Origin: the human T2T-CHM13v2.0 reference genome, Homo sapiens
Assembly (NCBI RefSeq): GCF_009914755.1
Contig: NC_060925.1
Direction: 5' to 3' (one strand)
Length of the DNA: 64,000 bases
Shown in pieces: positions 13,416 through 29,426 of this stretch (position 1 is the stretch's first letter; each line of letters opens with the position of its first letter). The translations under genes and the position numbers were made by a program. The notes under the pieces are model-generated. The model was not told the origin of the DNA, ran no database searches, and saw nothing but the letters and a program-made list of their open reading frames with translations.

Positions 13416-13859
13416 TAATTAGGATGCAGCAGCCCCATACCAAGGTTTTGGTGGCATCCTGTTATTGTGTGGTTAGTACTTGGCATTGAAGTGCACCAAC
13501 CTGGAGTCAGAGCAGTTGGAGATTTCAATGCCTGTGCCATTTACCTCTAACCCTGGGGTGCCCCCGGAACACAGATAGCAGATCAGTTAGGCAGAAGCAG
13601 CCTCAGTCATCTAGACAGTGCAGGGTTCTGGTAAGGACAGGTGCAAACCATCTAGGTGGGCAGAACTTGGTGATGACTAGGAACCACTGAGACTCAGCAG
13701 CTGCCCCAGTGGCACCCACAAATCAGAGGAGGAGGAGGCTGGGAGGACCTAAGGGCTACAGGACGAGCTCCCTGCCTACAAGACAGAAGCAGCTCCAGAG
13801 GTTTTGGTAAGTAATGTAGATTTCAGTGCAGTGTGGTCTATTTAAAAAAGTAGAACAAA

Positions 13860-14135
13860 AAGGAAAGAAAAAGAGAGAGCATGAGAGACAAAGAAAAAGA
13901 AAAGAAGAAAGGAAGAAAGGAAAGAATGGAGGGAGGGAAGGAAGGAGGAAGGGAGGGAGGAAGGAAGGAAGGAAGGGAGGGAGGGAGGGAGGGAGGCAGG
14001 GAGGAAGGGAGGAAGGAAGGAAGGAAGGAAGGGAGGGAGGGTGGAAGGGAAGGAGGGAGGGAAAGAATAAAGAGAGAGAGAAAAAGAGTGGGAGAGAAGT
14101 AGGGAAGGAGAGAAGTAGGGAAGGAAGGAAGGAAA
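13860..14135 (+). repeat. Polypurine (GGAA/GGGA/GAAA)n tract
   Basis: Directly visible. Confidence 0.95.
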
Positions 14136-14407
14136 TGAACAAATTTACATGAAGATGAGAACATCCAGGGGAACTTACACCACCAGTATTTTCCATTAAC
14201 AGGAACACGCTAACTAGTTATTGGAGACAGACGCACTACTGTAAAACTATATACTGTTTCCATGGGGTACAACCCCTTCTTCCTCCTCTGAAACACATAA
14301 TTCCTCTGGCCCACTGTTGCCAGAGACACTGAGTCTTGTCTTTGGATAAGTTCTGGTGCCCAAAAGAATGAGATGAGACAGTGGATCCCAGAACACCAGG
14401 CCGCAAC

Positions 14408-14541
14408 CTTTCCTGCTGCTCCTTGTCCACTCCAGAAGCTGCCCAGCTGCAGGTGGGGGCCTCAGCCCCTGGGTCTGACATCGTCCATTTGTCATTCTCA
14501 CTGGACTTCCCTCCTCGCACTGGCTCCCACTCCCCCAGGAC
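14408..14541 (-). other. Possible exon of the minus-strand transcript
   Basis: Acceptor ...GTCCACCAG| at 14542; weak donor AAG|GTTGCG at 14407; non-repetitive GC-richer sequence. Confidence 0.35.
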
Positions 14542-15363
14542 CTGGTGGACGGCCACGTGAGAAGGATACAAACAGGCCATGCCCCTTTCTTTCTCCCCCT
14601 CTCAATGCCTGCAGTGGTGGGTTCCATGGGGTAGTGACCTGAGATTTACTCATTATGGGGTCTCTAGCCCAGAGCAGGGCATGGTACCTAATAGTCACCC
14701 CATGAATGCTCAGTGAAAGAAGGCGTCCACCACAAGGTCCTGGGGAACCAAGAATTCCACTGTGGCCCATAAATTCTAAGTCCTACAGGATTCTGGAATG
14801 GGAGATGGGAACGGCCTTCAAAAGTGGCCTCTCTTTTAACCCATTATACTGGCAACTGAGCCATGTTTCCCCATCCTGGACACATCTAGAGGGCACTGCC
14901 TAAAACCACACACATCTCCCCACCCAGGACAGTGCAGGGCCTTAGCCTGGGGGATGCGGGTGGACAGGGAGGGGGTGAGCCATGAAAGCTGAAGAGGAGA
15001 AAGCAGGTGAAAGGGGACGGCAGGGTGGAAACAAGAGACGGAAATGGGGGCAGAGAATGGGGGGTAAGAGGGGAAGAGCAAGGAGTGGGATGCAGATCTA
15101 GCTACTAAGGAAAAGTCCTGGAGAGAACACTGTCCTCTCCTGAAGTAAAATCACTTCCACCTGACAACGGCACTGCAGGTCGAGGGTGGCACACGCTGTG
15201 AATATTTGTTCATTCACTTAACAAATATTAATTCAGTATCTGTTTCATGCCAGGTAAGGCCCTGCGATGTTTAGGGCCCTTGGCATCTTCCCTTCACATC
15301 TGAGTCATAATAGAAAAAGGACTCTCTGACTCCATCGAGCTGGCAATGCCTCAGGGTTTTTAC

Positions 15364-15543
15364 CTGTGGGATCTGGCAGCTCTTCATTCGGCCCACACCG
15401 TGTGAGGTTGCTCTTGGTGCACCGAATGGGGAAGTTTCTACATCAGTACCTCGGAGAGTCCACTGGAAGCCCTGGACAGTGGGAGTTGGTGGCACCCCCA
15501 GCGTGGAGGCCAAGAACACACAGCACTGAAGCTCCAGGACACC
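15364..15543 (-). other. Possible exon of the minus-strand transcript
   Basis: Donor CAG|GTAAAA at 15363; acceptor uncertain (weak GAG near 15544). Confidence 0.3.
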
Positions 15544-15799
15544 CTCAGGAGGACGGTAAGGGACGGTAAGGTGAGAGCCTGGGTCACCAGGAACCTTCGC
15601 CTGCATCTAAACAGGATTTGCTTTCAGATTGCCTATGAGATAAAAGAGAGAAATCATGGTTAATATTGAGATTTGGGGCTTCGGCAACTTGAAGGATGGA
15701 GCTGCCGTTTACGGAGACTGGGAAGACCCAGGGAGGAGCAGGTTGAAAGGTGGTGGGGAACTAGAATTGTTTGGGTTCCTGTCATATGTAATCAACAGT

Positions 15800-15990
15800 C
15801 CTCACCAGCCTCGGCAACATAGTAAGACCCCATCTCTGAAAATAAAAAATGAAAAATTGGCCCAGCATGGTGGCACACACTTGTAGTCTCAGCTACTCGG
15901 AAGGTTGAGGCAGGAGGATTCCTTGAGCCTTGAATTAGAGGTTAGTGAGCTATGATGGCACCACTGAACTCCAGCCTGGGGGAAAAAAAA
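15800..15990 (+). mobile_element. Partial AluJ
   Basis: Diverged Alu right-arm sequence with A tail. Confidence 0.8.
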
Positions 15991-16630
15991 ATAAAGAGTC
16001 CTGACTAAATACTTGAGTAGCCAGGGAAGTTTTCACCAAGTAATACTTGAGGCAGATCTTAGTGAACAAGAATTCGATTCTTTCTGTTAGGGAATTAAGA
16101 GTGTGTGGGTGTAGTTAATGCTTCTTTGGAATCGCATCTACTGGTCTATCTGGTCTATCTGTACACGTATATTCTACAGGCTGTCTCGCTGAGCTTTCGC
16201 TAGGTTATGCTACAGTAACAAAAGCCCCAAAATCTTAGCAGCAACACATACAAAGGTTTATTTTTCATTGACATTTCCTTTTATGTCAGGTTGACTGTGA
16301 CTCTGCTGTATACAAGCTATTTTATTTGTTACATGGTGAAAACTGTGACACTTGGAGATTGTTGAATATGGTATTAGTATGTTCATTCATTCATTCATTT
16401 AACAAATATTTATTCAATATCTGTTTCATGCCAGGCAAGGTCAAGTACTGAGAATACAGTGGTGAATAAGAGACAAAATCTCAAATTTCCAGGAGCTTAT
16501 GTTGAAAATGAGATTGAACACATACAAAATAATCATAATAACAACAATGAATACTATATTCATAAATAATAGCTGTAAGAGATTTTAGCAAATCTTTTAA
16601 ATTAGAAAAACATAAAAATTATTAAAACTA

Positions 16631-16929
<299 letters not shown>

Positions 16930-17583
16930 TGGTTCGATGTAGTCCTAAAACTATTATGTAGAATACTATTGTTTACATCATATCACGTCGGCCCTTTAAA
17001 TGGCTTAACGCTTATTTAGGTACGATCCATAAAGTTTTCCTGGTAATTAAGTATACCTAAGAACAATGAAGTATAAAAGAGTTACTGCCTTGACAGGAAG
17101 ATTGTAAAAACTGTAAAAAGATAAATAAATAAAGAGTCAAAACTGTAGCTCTGTGAGGCTCAAATAACATCTAATTCAAGTCACAATGAACATCTAGCAA
17201 TCACTGTGAACACCACATACTTCCCTTAATACATTTTCCCTGAATGCCCAACACATCTGAATTACCAACACCCGTATGTAGCCAAGAAACTGACAATCAT
17301 TTATAAATTATCACCTATGACTCCATCTGCTCTATGCACTTATTTTTTAAATTTTACTCATTTATTTATTATTTTTATTTTTTGTAGAGATGGGATCTCA
17401 CTATATTGCCCAGGTTGGTCCAGAAACAGAAACAGACCCACACTAATTTCATAAATTGGATGACCATGCAGTCATCCGATTTAAGAAAAAAAGTGCCAAA
17501 CAGTGCAGAAGGAAAAGAATAGTCTTTTCAATAAATGGTGCTGGATCAAGCAGACACATCCACGTAGTAAAAAGTGAATCATA

Positions 17584-17875
17584 GCCGGGTGGGGTGGCTC
17601 ATGCCTGTAATCCCCACACTCTGGGAGGCTTAAGTGGGAAGATTACTTGAGCCCAAGAGTTTGAGACCAACCTGGGAAACATGTTGAATCCCATCTCTAC
17701 AAAAAATATGAAAATTAAGCCAGGCATGGTGGCACACTCCTATAGTCGCAGCTACTCAGGAGGCTGAGGTGGGAGGATCGCTTGAGCCAGGAGGTGGAGG
17801 TTGCAGTGAGCTGAGATCCTGCCACGGCACTCTAGCCTGGGCAATAGAGTGAGGCCCTGTCTGAAAAAAAAAAAG
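17584..17875 (+). mobile_element. AluJ
   Basis: Dimeric Alu inside an L1M fragment. Confidence 0.85.
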
Positions 17876-18032
17876 AAATGCAAAAACTAAAATAAAATTG
17901 CTATAAGGTTAACACAGAAAAATGTGTTCATACTCCTAGGTTAGGCATTGATTTCTTAAACAGGACACAAAAAGCAGTAACCATAAAGGAAAAGATTGAT
18001 AAAGTATAATTTCATTAAAATTAAGAATCTCA

Positions 18033-18330
18033 GGCTGGGTGCAGTGGCTCATGCCTGTAATCCCAACACTTTGGGAGGCCGAGGCAGATGTCTCACCTGA
18101 GCCTAGGAATTCCAGACCAGCCTATGCAATGTGGCAAAACCCCATCTCTACTAAAAATACAGAAAAGAGCTGAGTGTGGTGGTGCTCACCTGTAGGTCCC
18201 AGCTACCTGGGGGCTGAGGCAGGAGGATCACCTGAGCCTTGGGAGGTCAAGGTTGCGGTCAGCTGTGATTGTGCCACTGCACTCCAGCCTGGGCAACAGA
18301 GTGAGATCTTGTCTCAAAAAGAAAAAAAAA
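18033..18330 (+). mobile_element. Alu (J-like)
   Basis: Dimeric Alu inside an L1M fragment. Confidence 0.85.
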
Positions 18331-18851
18331 AGTTAGAGAATCTCCATTCATGAATAAGCACCATTAAAAGAGCGAAAAGGCAAGCTACAGATTGAAAAAA
18401 GGGAAATGCAATACATATATATCGTAGAAAGGACACATATCCGGAAAAAAGTATTACAAATCAACAGAAAAACAAACATATCAATGAAAACTGGATAAAA
18501 AGATTTAACAGGCACTTCACAAAAGAGGACACACAAATGACAATAAAAGATACTCAATCTCAATACCAGGAAAATGCAAAATGAAATCACACTGATACAT
18601 TACTGCACCCCTACTAGAATGGCAAAATAATTTTTAACTGACAGGCATCAGCAAGGATGTGGGGTAACCAGAATATCCCTGCTAAATGGTACAATCACTT
18701 TGGGAAAACATTCAACAATATGTAATACTAAGTTTTATCATTCATATACCTCTAAAACCAACAATGCCACTCCTACAAATATACCCCAGTCTAGTAATGC
18801 TCTATTTCTTGATCTGTGGTGGTTCACTTGGTAAAAATTCATTACCTGTAC

Positions 18852-19150
18852 TTTTTTTTTTTTTTTTTGGAGACAGGGTCTCACTCTGCCACCCAGGCGG
18901 GAGTGCACTGCCATGATCACGGCTCACTGCAATCTCAACCTCCTGGGCTCTGGTGATCCTCCCACCTCAGCCTACCAGGTAGCTGGGACTACAGGCACAC
19001 ACCACCACACACAGCTAACTTTTGTAATTTTAGTAGAGATAGGGTTTTGGCACGTTGCCCAGGCTGGTCTGGAAATCCTGGGCTCAAGTGATCCGCCCAC
19101 CTTGGCGTCCCAAAGTGCTGGGATTACAGGTGTGATCTACCGCGCCCGGA
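18852..19150 (-). mobile_element. AluJ
   Basis: poly-T followed by GAGACAGGGTCTCACTCTG. Confidence 0.85.
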
Positions 19151-19749
19151 CCACCTGCACATTTAAAATTGTGAACCTCTCTGTATACTTCAGTAACTTT
19201 TCAAAGATTTCTTTGACACAAAGTTCTCAGAAATCTTAAAGCTAGCATTTCACAATAGAAAAAAAGAGCTTCTGGTTCACTGGTGAAATTTTACTAATAA
19301 AATTTAAAAACAAAAAGCTACTAACACATATCAGCTCAGAACAAAAACTAAACACTACCAGCAGATCTTTTCTTTAACTTCGTGAAGCACTGGGATTCAT
19401 TCTTTCGGCAAAGAAAGGATGAACAACACTGTAACCCAAAGAAAAGGTATCACTGCAAGAAAAGACTTCTTTTCGAAAGCAGCTCTAGCAGCAAAAGATA
19501 GGAGGAAAGCAAGGAAACCATGCCAAACGTCTTGGTTAACTCTTCGGAGAAAGGACGCCAAATGAGAAGATCTAACAAGCCAGAAAGACAGACAGACACA
19601 GGGAAATCACAGCACCTCTTTGGAGTGCAAACACCAACCCCACAATCCAACCTACCGGAAATCCTGCGGTGAATTTGAGGCTTGTCCCGCTAGTCATGAG
19701 GTGATTCAGTGATGGCTACAAATGCTCCTCATGTGCATCATGGACTTGG

Positions 19750-20880
19750 TACACCCGGCTTGCCCATCACCAGCCTGGAGAAACCGCCAGGAGCAGAATC
19801 CCGGAGGCCAATAAAGACCCCAACTTTGCAACCCAGGGGCGCGAGTGGTCTCGCCTCTCAGGTCCCCAGAGGCAACCGATGTCTGGCCTCGAGGGTGGGG
19901 TGCGGGGTCAGGGTCCTCCACAGGATACACGAGGACGTGCCCCCGAAGCTGCTCGTCCCTCCACCCCCTGGGATGCCACAGAACACCCGCCAGCGAGTTT
20001 CTTCCCCAGCGCCCAAGAGATGAGGGCTGCGGGCGGCAGCGGCAAGTGAGGAATCCAACGCATGGAACTTCAGCCCCGGCGGGGCCGGAACACACGCCCC
20101 CCCCAACCCCCCACCCCGCCTCGCCCTCCGTCGCTCGCAACAAAGCTTGCGACAGCCGCAGCTCGACCCAGCTGTGTACCCGCGGGTCCCGGACTCACCG
20201 CCCGCCCGGCCTGGCGCGGCGCCTTCACCTCGGAAACGCTGGGTGGACTTCGCTGTAAACCGTAACTTCCCATCCAGACGGCAGCCGCGCCGCCGCGCCT
20301 CGGCCCGCTCCTGGCGCCACAGGTCGCCCGTCCCGCGTTCCCAAAAGCACCGCGTTCACTCAGAAGCTCACGCAGCCTCGCGACCCTCACCTACCCCTCC
20401 CAATATCGCCGCTGTCTCAACCGCCGCCCAGCCCATAGCCTGCGGCCAGCTGGATCCTCAGGGTCTCGCCGGGCGCGTCAAGAGAGCCCAAGGCGCAGGC
20501 GCAGGCGCAGGCGCAGCGGGGCCTTAAAGGTACCTGGCCGCCTCTGCCGCACAGCGGGTTCGCGCGGGCCAAGAAAAGGATTAAGGGAGCGGATGGACGG
20601 AGAGCAGCAGAGACCGGGAAATCCCTCTCTCCGCTCCGCCTCTCTTTCAAGGCACCAGCACTTGACCCTGCAAATCGCTGATTTCCAGGGCCACTTGAAC
20701 CGCCCCTGCCAGGTTAAAGGGGCAGAAGACACACCCCCTCGGGGGCCCGGAGCGACCCCGGGCTTAGGAGTGCAGGCTGGCGCTGCAGCACCGCCCCCGA
20801 GTCTGACTTCCAGGCCCCGGCATGCGGTGCAGACGCGCAGACATCGGAAGGCAACCCCCAGCTCCCCTGAGAGGTGACCT
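19750..20880 (-). promoter_or_regulatory. CpG island; probable promoter/first exon of the minus-strand transcript
   Basis: High GC and CpG density; tandem (AGGCGC)4 NRF1-type motifs at 20491-20516; minus-strand donors AG|GTGAGG at 20390 and CG|GTGAGT at 20198. Confidence 0.75.
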
Positions 20881-21178
20881 TAGGTCACTCGAAAAAACAA
20901 TAACCAGCATGTCAATGGCACTTGTAGTTATTTTCTAATTTAAATTAATAACAGATTTTGCAGATGGGCTTCCACTGAAGCCTTTGAGAAAAAGAAAAAC
21001 TTCTTCTTTTTCAACAAGATTAGGAAATACCAAGAAATAGGCAACTAAGGTGGGGGAGTGGGGGTGGGCGACAAGCAGGCACCAGCTATTAAAGCAGCGG
21101 CCTAGTATATTCTGTCCTTCCATAGTTTGCGGGCCCAAGCCTAACTTCCTACAATAATAATTGTATAGAAAAGTTTTA

Positions 21179-21633
<455 letters not shown>

Positions 21634-21920
21634 TCAATGGCATTGAAAACAAAAAACAACAAAAGGGGAAACTAGTGAAAATAAAGCTGTCTCTTTGAAA
21701 AGATCAATAATATTTGACATATATTTGACAACCCAGATGAATTGGACAAATTCATCTTAAGTATCAACTACCACAACTTACCTAAAGCAAAATAGGTCAT
21801 CTGAGTAGCTCTGTAACTATAAAATAATTGGATTCCTAATTTTAAAATTTCCAGAAAGGAAAGCTCCAGGTCCAGATGGTTTCACTGGAGAATTCTACCA
21901 AACGGTTGAAGAAAAATTAA

Positions 21921-22228
<308 letters not shown>

Positions 22229-22411
22229 AATTAACGTCAATTCTATACAATCTCTTCCAGAAAATAGAAGATGAAGGAACACCTCTCAACTATTTCTGTA
22301 AATCTATGATTACCCCAACTCCAAAACCAGACCACAAAAACGTTTATCAGTCAATGAAGAAAAATCATTTGACAAATTCAACATCTATTCGTGATAGAAA
22401 TAAAGAAAGGA

Positions 22412-22715
22412 GGCCAGGCTCTTTGGCTCATGCCTGTAATCCCAGAACTTTGGGAGGCCGAGGTGGGCAGATCACCTGAGGTCAACAGTTCGAGACCAGC
22501 CTAGCCAACATGGCGAAACCCCGTCTCTACTAAAAATACAAAAATTAGCTGGGCATGGTGGCAGGCGCCTGTTATCCCAGCTACTAGGAGGCTGAAGCAG
22601 AGAATTGCTTGGACCCGGGAGGCGGAATTTGCAGTGAACCGAAATCACGCCACTGCACTCCAACCTGGGTGACAGAGCGAGGCTCCGTCTCAAAAAAACA
22701 AAACAAACAAAAAAA
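22412..22715 (+). mobile_element. AluS
   Basis: Dimeric Alu. Confidence 0.9.
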
Positions 22716-23469
22716 GAAATAAGACAAAATAGAAAGAAGGGAAGAAACGGAATGTTTTACAAGTATCAGAAACATAGGAATACAGGACTTTGTCAGCTTG
22801 ATAAAGACCACTTACAAAAAAATTCACAGTTAACATCCTACTCACGGTGAAAGACTACATGCTTTCCCTCTAGGACTGGGAACTAAGCAGGGAAGACCAC
22901 GCTCACCACTGATATTTCACATGACTATCCTACCCAAATCAATAAGGCAAGACAAGGAAATCAAAGGCATACACTGGGAAGGTGGAATAGATGAACTTTG
23001 CCCTATTCTTCCTGCTCATTACATCTAAAAACCTTGGGCATTGTATATAAAACAAACATAGGAAGACTGAAGGGCAAAGGGAAGATAGGAGGCCATCTGG
23101 CTTCCTCAAGACCCACAGAAAGCCAGGAGATGGGTTCCCAGGATTCCTCCATGCCCCCACTAGATCCTAGATGTAGAGCCAAAGGAGATGGCAACCCAGA
23201 AATACCAACGGCTACAGATCCAACAAACCCCAATACGATCCTGCTCTCTCTAGGCAAAGGATCAGCAAAGAGGCAGTCTAGCAAGACAAGACACTTATAT
23301 ACGATCATCAGTTTCCTCAGGTCAAGCACCGTGGAAGAAAAGCTGTGGCTGCATCAACATAAAAGCTAGCAAAATCCCAGTGAGGGGCTTCGGGTTTCAC
23401 ACTTGCACAGGTATAATGACATATGCTAAACCCCCACCTTGCCCAGGGGTTCTTTAGGTTCCAGCATTT

Positions 23470-25840
23470 TATTTATCATGAGACACACAATGACTAAAAT
23501 GCTGGAAACTAAACACAGAGAAAATACCTCAAAAGCAACAGAGAAAGATGACATCTTACCTAGAGGGGAAAAACAATGTCAATGACAGATGTTAGAGGAG
23601 GAAGCTGGGGCTGTCATCATCATCCCTGCCAGGTGATAATATGTTTACCTCCCTGTCAATAGAAACTACATTTGGAGCCTAGACTTCATTAGATGGTCAT
23701 GAGGCACCTCTCCCTCTGTCTGCTAGGCTGGTATCAGAGGAGTCCTAGTGCAGAGTCAGGACTTTCATCAACACCCAGCAGTAACAAGGCTGCTCTTGTC
23801 CTGTGGTGTCACTGGAGGCCACATGGAAAGCAGTGGAGGTAGCTTTCCTACCCACCCAGCCAGGGAGGTAGCAGTGGAGGAGCAGTGGGCTGCTGGAACT
23901 CCCTCTCCTACCTTAGCAGCTCCTCCACTCAGGGTGTCAACAGAGGTCAGTCAGATGAGAAACCTGGATTTCTACACACATCTGGCTACAATGAGATGGC
24001 ACCACTCCTCTTCCCCTGCAGAAACAGACTCAAAAAAAAGGTAGTCAAAACAGAAGGTTTCAATAAAATTGAAACTCTGATAGCATAACACCCAAAAGTC
24101 CAAGTTTCAATTGAAAATCCTTCATCATACCAAGAACTAGGAAAATCTCATACTGAATGAAAATAGACAGCAATTACACACTGGCAATGAGATGAGAGAG
24201 GTGTTGGGATTGTCTGACAAAGAGTTTAAAGCAGGCAAGCCTGATGAAAATGATTTAGTGGTACTTATAAGCACACTTGAAACAAATGGACAAGTAGAAA
24301 GACTCAGCAAATAAATACAAGACATAAATGAGAACCAAATGGAAGTATTAGAAGTGAAAAATACAACAACTAAAATAAAAAGTCCAGCAGATAGGCTCAG
24401 CAGCAGAATGGATGGTGCGAAGCAAACAAATCCATATACTGCAGATGAGAAAAACAGAAATTACAGAATCCTAACAGGGAAAAAATAGACTGGGGGAGAA
24501 AGTGAACAGAACCTCAGGGACCTGTGAAACTACCTCAAAAGTTCTCACTTTCATGTTGCTATCAGTGTCTGGAAGGGGAAGAGGAAGAAGACAAGGCTGA
24601 AAACATACTCAAAGAAGTAAACGGCTGAAAGCTACCCAGATTTGGCAAAAGACATAAACCTACAGGCTCAATAAGCTGTTAGAACCCCAAATAGGAAAAA
24701 ACCCAAAGAGGTCTATGGCAAGACATGAAAAAATAAAATGTTGGAAAAGAAAGACAAGGAAAATATCTGGAAAACAACACAGAAAGGTGACACCTTACCT
24801 AGAAAGGAAAAACAATTCTGGTGATGATGGATTTCTCATCAGAAACCATGGAGGCAGAAAGAAGTTGTGCAGTGCTTTTCAAGCCGTGAAAGAAAATAAT
24901 TGTCAGCCCAGACTCCTCTGTCCAACAGAAACATCTTTCAGGAATTAAGGGGAAGATCAAAACAGTTTCAGATTAAGAAAAGCTAAGGGAATCTCTGACC
25001 AGCAGTTCTGCCTTAAAAGAAAAGCAAAAGGGAGTTCTCCAGACAGAAAGGAAATGATTAAAGAAGGAAACTTGGGACGTCAGAAAGAAAATTTTTAAAA
25101 AACAGTGAGCAAAATAGGCCTTCTTTCTCCTCTTGTGTTTTCTAAACTATGCCTGACGGTTTCAGAAAAAAATCATAGCACCATCCGATGTGGTTCTAAC
25201 TCTACATACAGAAAATGTTGGAAACAATTATAAACTGGAAGGGTAAAGAGACCTACATAGGAGGTTGCTTGTCTATTGTTCACTCAACTGGTGAAACAAT
25301 GACACCAGTATACTGTGTGGTCAGATATAGATGCACAGACATATGAATATATATATATACCTGGAAAAACCAAGAGGGCTATACAAACACATATACTAAA
25401 AAATACTATGGATAAGGCAAAACACCATTCTCAAAGATGCTTAAGTCACCACAGCAGGTAAGAAAAATAAAGCATATCCAGAAAATGAAACCAGAGAGAA
25501 CAAACAGAAAAGGAAAAATAAAATGGCAGACTTAAGCCCTACCATATCAATCATCACATTAAATATCAATGGGCTAAGTACACCAATTACAAGACAGAGA
25601 TTGGCAGAGTAGGTTAATGGACATGACCCAACTACATCCTGGCTACAAAGAGACTACCTTCAAATATGATGATACAGGCAAGTTGAAATCAAAAGGATGG
25701 AAAAAGATATATCATGCAAACATTAGCTAAAGGAAAGGAAGACTGGCTATATTAATGCCAGATATAGTATATTTCAGAACAAAGAAACTAATCAGAGAGA
25801 GAGAGGGACGTTATAAAATGATGAAAGGACCAATCCACCA
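23470..25840 (+). mobile_element. Old L1M 5' portion (ORF1 and start of ORF2 endonuclease), truncated
   Basis: ATATCAATCATCACATTAAATATCAATGGGCTAAGTACACCAATTACAAGACAGAGATTGGCAGAG translates to the L1 endonuclease start ISIITLNINGL...RQRLAE; ORF1-like sequence upstream. Confidence 0.8.
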
Positions 25841-25849
25841 ACCCCTCCC

Positions 25850-27100
25850 CTGACGAGGCCGGTTGAGATGTGTGAAGCAGCTCTGGCTACAGCGGGTAGG
25901 GAGAGGGCGCGCGGGACCCAGGAGCCTCCGTGCGGAGCCAGGCCTCAGGAGCAGCCGCCTTGTTCCTGGAAGGGGTGCCTCCCTCCATCTTGTCTCCAAA
26001 GACTGTAGGGAGACCTTCTCGCCCGGTAGGAAAGCGACGTCTCCCATGCTTTCCCACCACGCAGGCCTTGTGGCCTTTCTCCTGCTAGTGTCTGCCCTCC
26101 AACCTGCGGGGGCTGCGGCTGCCACGGTTCCACGCTGGGTGGACGCTGCCTGCCCGGGATCCAAGAGCCGCCGTTGCAGGCGGGAGTTGGGGAGTCGTGT
26201 GCAGGTCCGAAGGAGACCCAAGCTCTTGGTCAAGGCTTTTTTGCTATAGCCAAATTCAGCGTGTAAGAGACAGAGAGCTCACATCTGTCTGTTCGTAAGC
26301 TTCGGTGAGAACACCAAGGAAGCGCACTCAAGATTCGTAGGAGGGCGGGAAGGGTCCCTGGCGGCGATATCCGCGTCGGCGGTGAGCCAAGGCATGTCAG
26401 GAGAGTGAGTGCGCGAACCCAGCCGCCGGATAGCGCAAACACCACCGCGGACGAGGGCCCCGCATGTGGAGAAATCGCAGGGGTCAGCGGAGCCGAAGTG
26501 TGGTGGACTAGCCTCCTCCGGGGAGAACCCCCTTCCTGACCACTGTATGTCCCCCGCCACATAAGGGGAGAGGAGGGACAGCACAGCCTACTCTCCCCTG
26601 GCGGACGATCAGGGTCACCACCTTCTCCTCTGCTCTCCCCTCGCCATTCTTCCAAACCACCCTCCGCCAAAGATTCCACGGACAGTCACCCTCCCAACAA
26701 CCCAGGCCTCCTTTCAGCAGCGGCTCCCGCCCCACAGCCACCACGCCCTCTCACCCCCGCGGTTCTGCCCGCCGCCTCTGCCGAGTCTGTGCACTTCACC
26801 TCCCTGGGTCCCGCTCCCCCCTGAGCTTACAGTGGACGAGGGGCAGGACGGGGGAAAGGCCGTTCGGCTGCCCTTCTAGCTTCAGAATCACCCAGTGAAC
26901 GGGTTTCAACCGTAGCCGGCAAGATGCGCCTCTCCGGTTTTCCGAGGCTTTGGAACCTGCACAATTGTTCTGCAAAAGACGGTGGCTCCGCCTAGCATTG
27001 GATGGGCGCTTGCTCTGCATGGTGATGCCGGAGCGAGGGTCGACTGTCCGTCTGTCGCAGTCGGGTGGTGTGCTTGCTTCCAAGTCTGGAGTTGGCTGGT
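25850..27100. promoter_or_regulatory. CpG island
   Basis: CpG-dense, GC-rich non-repetitive stretch; no gene assignable from sequence. Confidence 0.65.
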
Positions 27101-27245
27101 TCAAGCTCGTTCTACTGAGCGTTTCTTGCATTTTAAAAATGCTTAAACCGCTGGCAACTTTCTTCTACCCAGCACATTCTCTCATGGAATGGCAGAGCAA
27201 GACCAACTTTACCCGCCTCTCCTCCGTGTCTCCCATACGACATGA

Positions 27246-27612
<367 letters not shown>

Positions 27613-28728
27613 TTCTATTTTGTTTGTTTGTTTGTTTGTTTGTTTACTGTCATTCATTTAGCCCTTTCCATACGCTTTTGAAGTTAAATTGGTTCTGTGA
27701 TTTTATGATTACATATAATGTTCTAGTCATTCTTGTACGGGCATTTTCGGCGTTTTCAGCCACTGGTGTATTTCTATAGGATAGAGGTGCAATTACTATA
27801 GGAAGAGCAATTACTCCATCATAGTGTTCACACGGTTTTTATATCATTCCATTCTCTCTCCTCTGTTGGCTTATTAGCTATAACTCTTTCTTTTGTTATT
27901 TTAGTAATTCCCTTAGGGCTTATAGCAAACCTTTTTAACTGATCACAGTCAACCTTCAAGTGATATTAAACCTCGCCTTCTGGCCTTGAAGTTATTGCTG
28001 ACATGTACTTTGCTTTTACGCATGTTATAAACCCACAACCCATTGTTATTGCTTTTGTTTAAATGGTCAAACTTTTACAAAAGAAATTTACAAAATAAGA
28101 AAATACCTAGTATAGTTACCTATTTCTGGTGTTCTTCATTTCCTCATGTAGATCTGGATTTTCATCTGGTATTGGATTCCTTCTGCCCGGAAGACTCCTT
28201 TGACGTTTCTGTAGTGTGGGTCAGCTGGTAGTGAATTCGGTCAGCTTATGTAAGTCTCTAAATGTCCTTACTTCACTTCCAGTTTTGGGAATTTATTTTT
28301 TCTGGCAGAGTATTCTAGGTTAACTTCCTCTGCCCTCAGTACCTTAAAGATGTTGCTTCTCTGTCTGCTCCCATTGCATTGCTGCTCCCAGTGGGGGCCG
28401 GCGAGAGCAGAAAGAAAGTTGATGGCAATTCTCATCTTTGTTCCTGTGTAGGTACAATGTCTTTTTCTTCTGGCTGGATTTCAGCAATGTTATTATGAGG
28501 TATCTAGCAGTGGTTTTCTTCATGTTTCTTGTGCTTTGGTTTCCTCAGCTCCTTGGGTCACTGGATTTATAATTTTCATTATGGTTGGGAACTTTTCAGC
28601 TATTGTTTCTTCAAAAATTGGCTGGGAAAAGTGGCTCACACCTTCAGGAGTCAGGAGGTGTTGAGTGAGGCCGGGAATTGGAGACCAGCCTGAGCAACAT
28701 GCTGAAACCCCACTCGTAATAAAAATAA

Positions 28729-29315
<587 letters not shown>

Positions 29316-29426
29316 TATACACAAACTTTTGTATTAGAATAGAAAAGTTGAGAAGATAGTTCACAGAATGGAGTAAAGAGGATGAAATGGGTTTTTGGAA
29401 ACCATTCACATTTTAAAGTTGTTTTA

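Noticed and set aside
13756-14208. E/G/R/K-rich and P/S/F/L-rich ORFs (also at 53570-54306)
   Set aside because: Translations of polypurine tracts.
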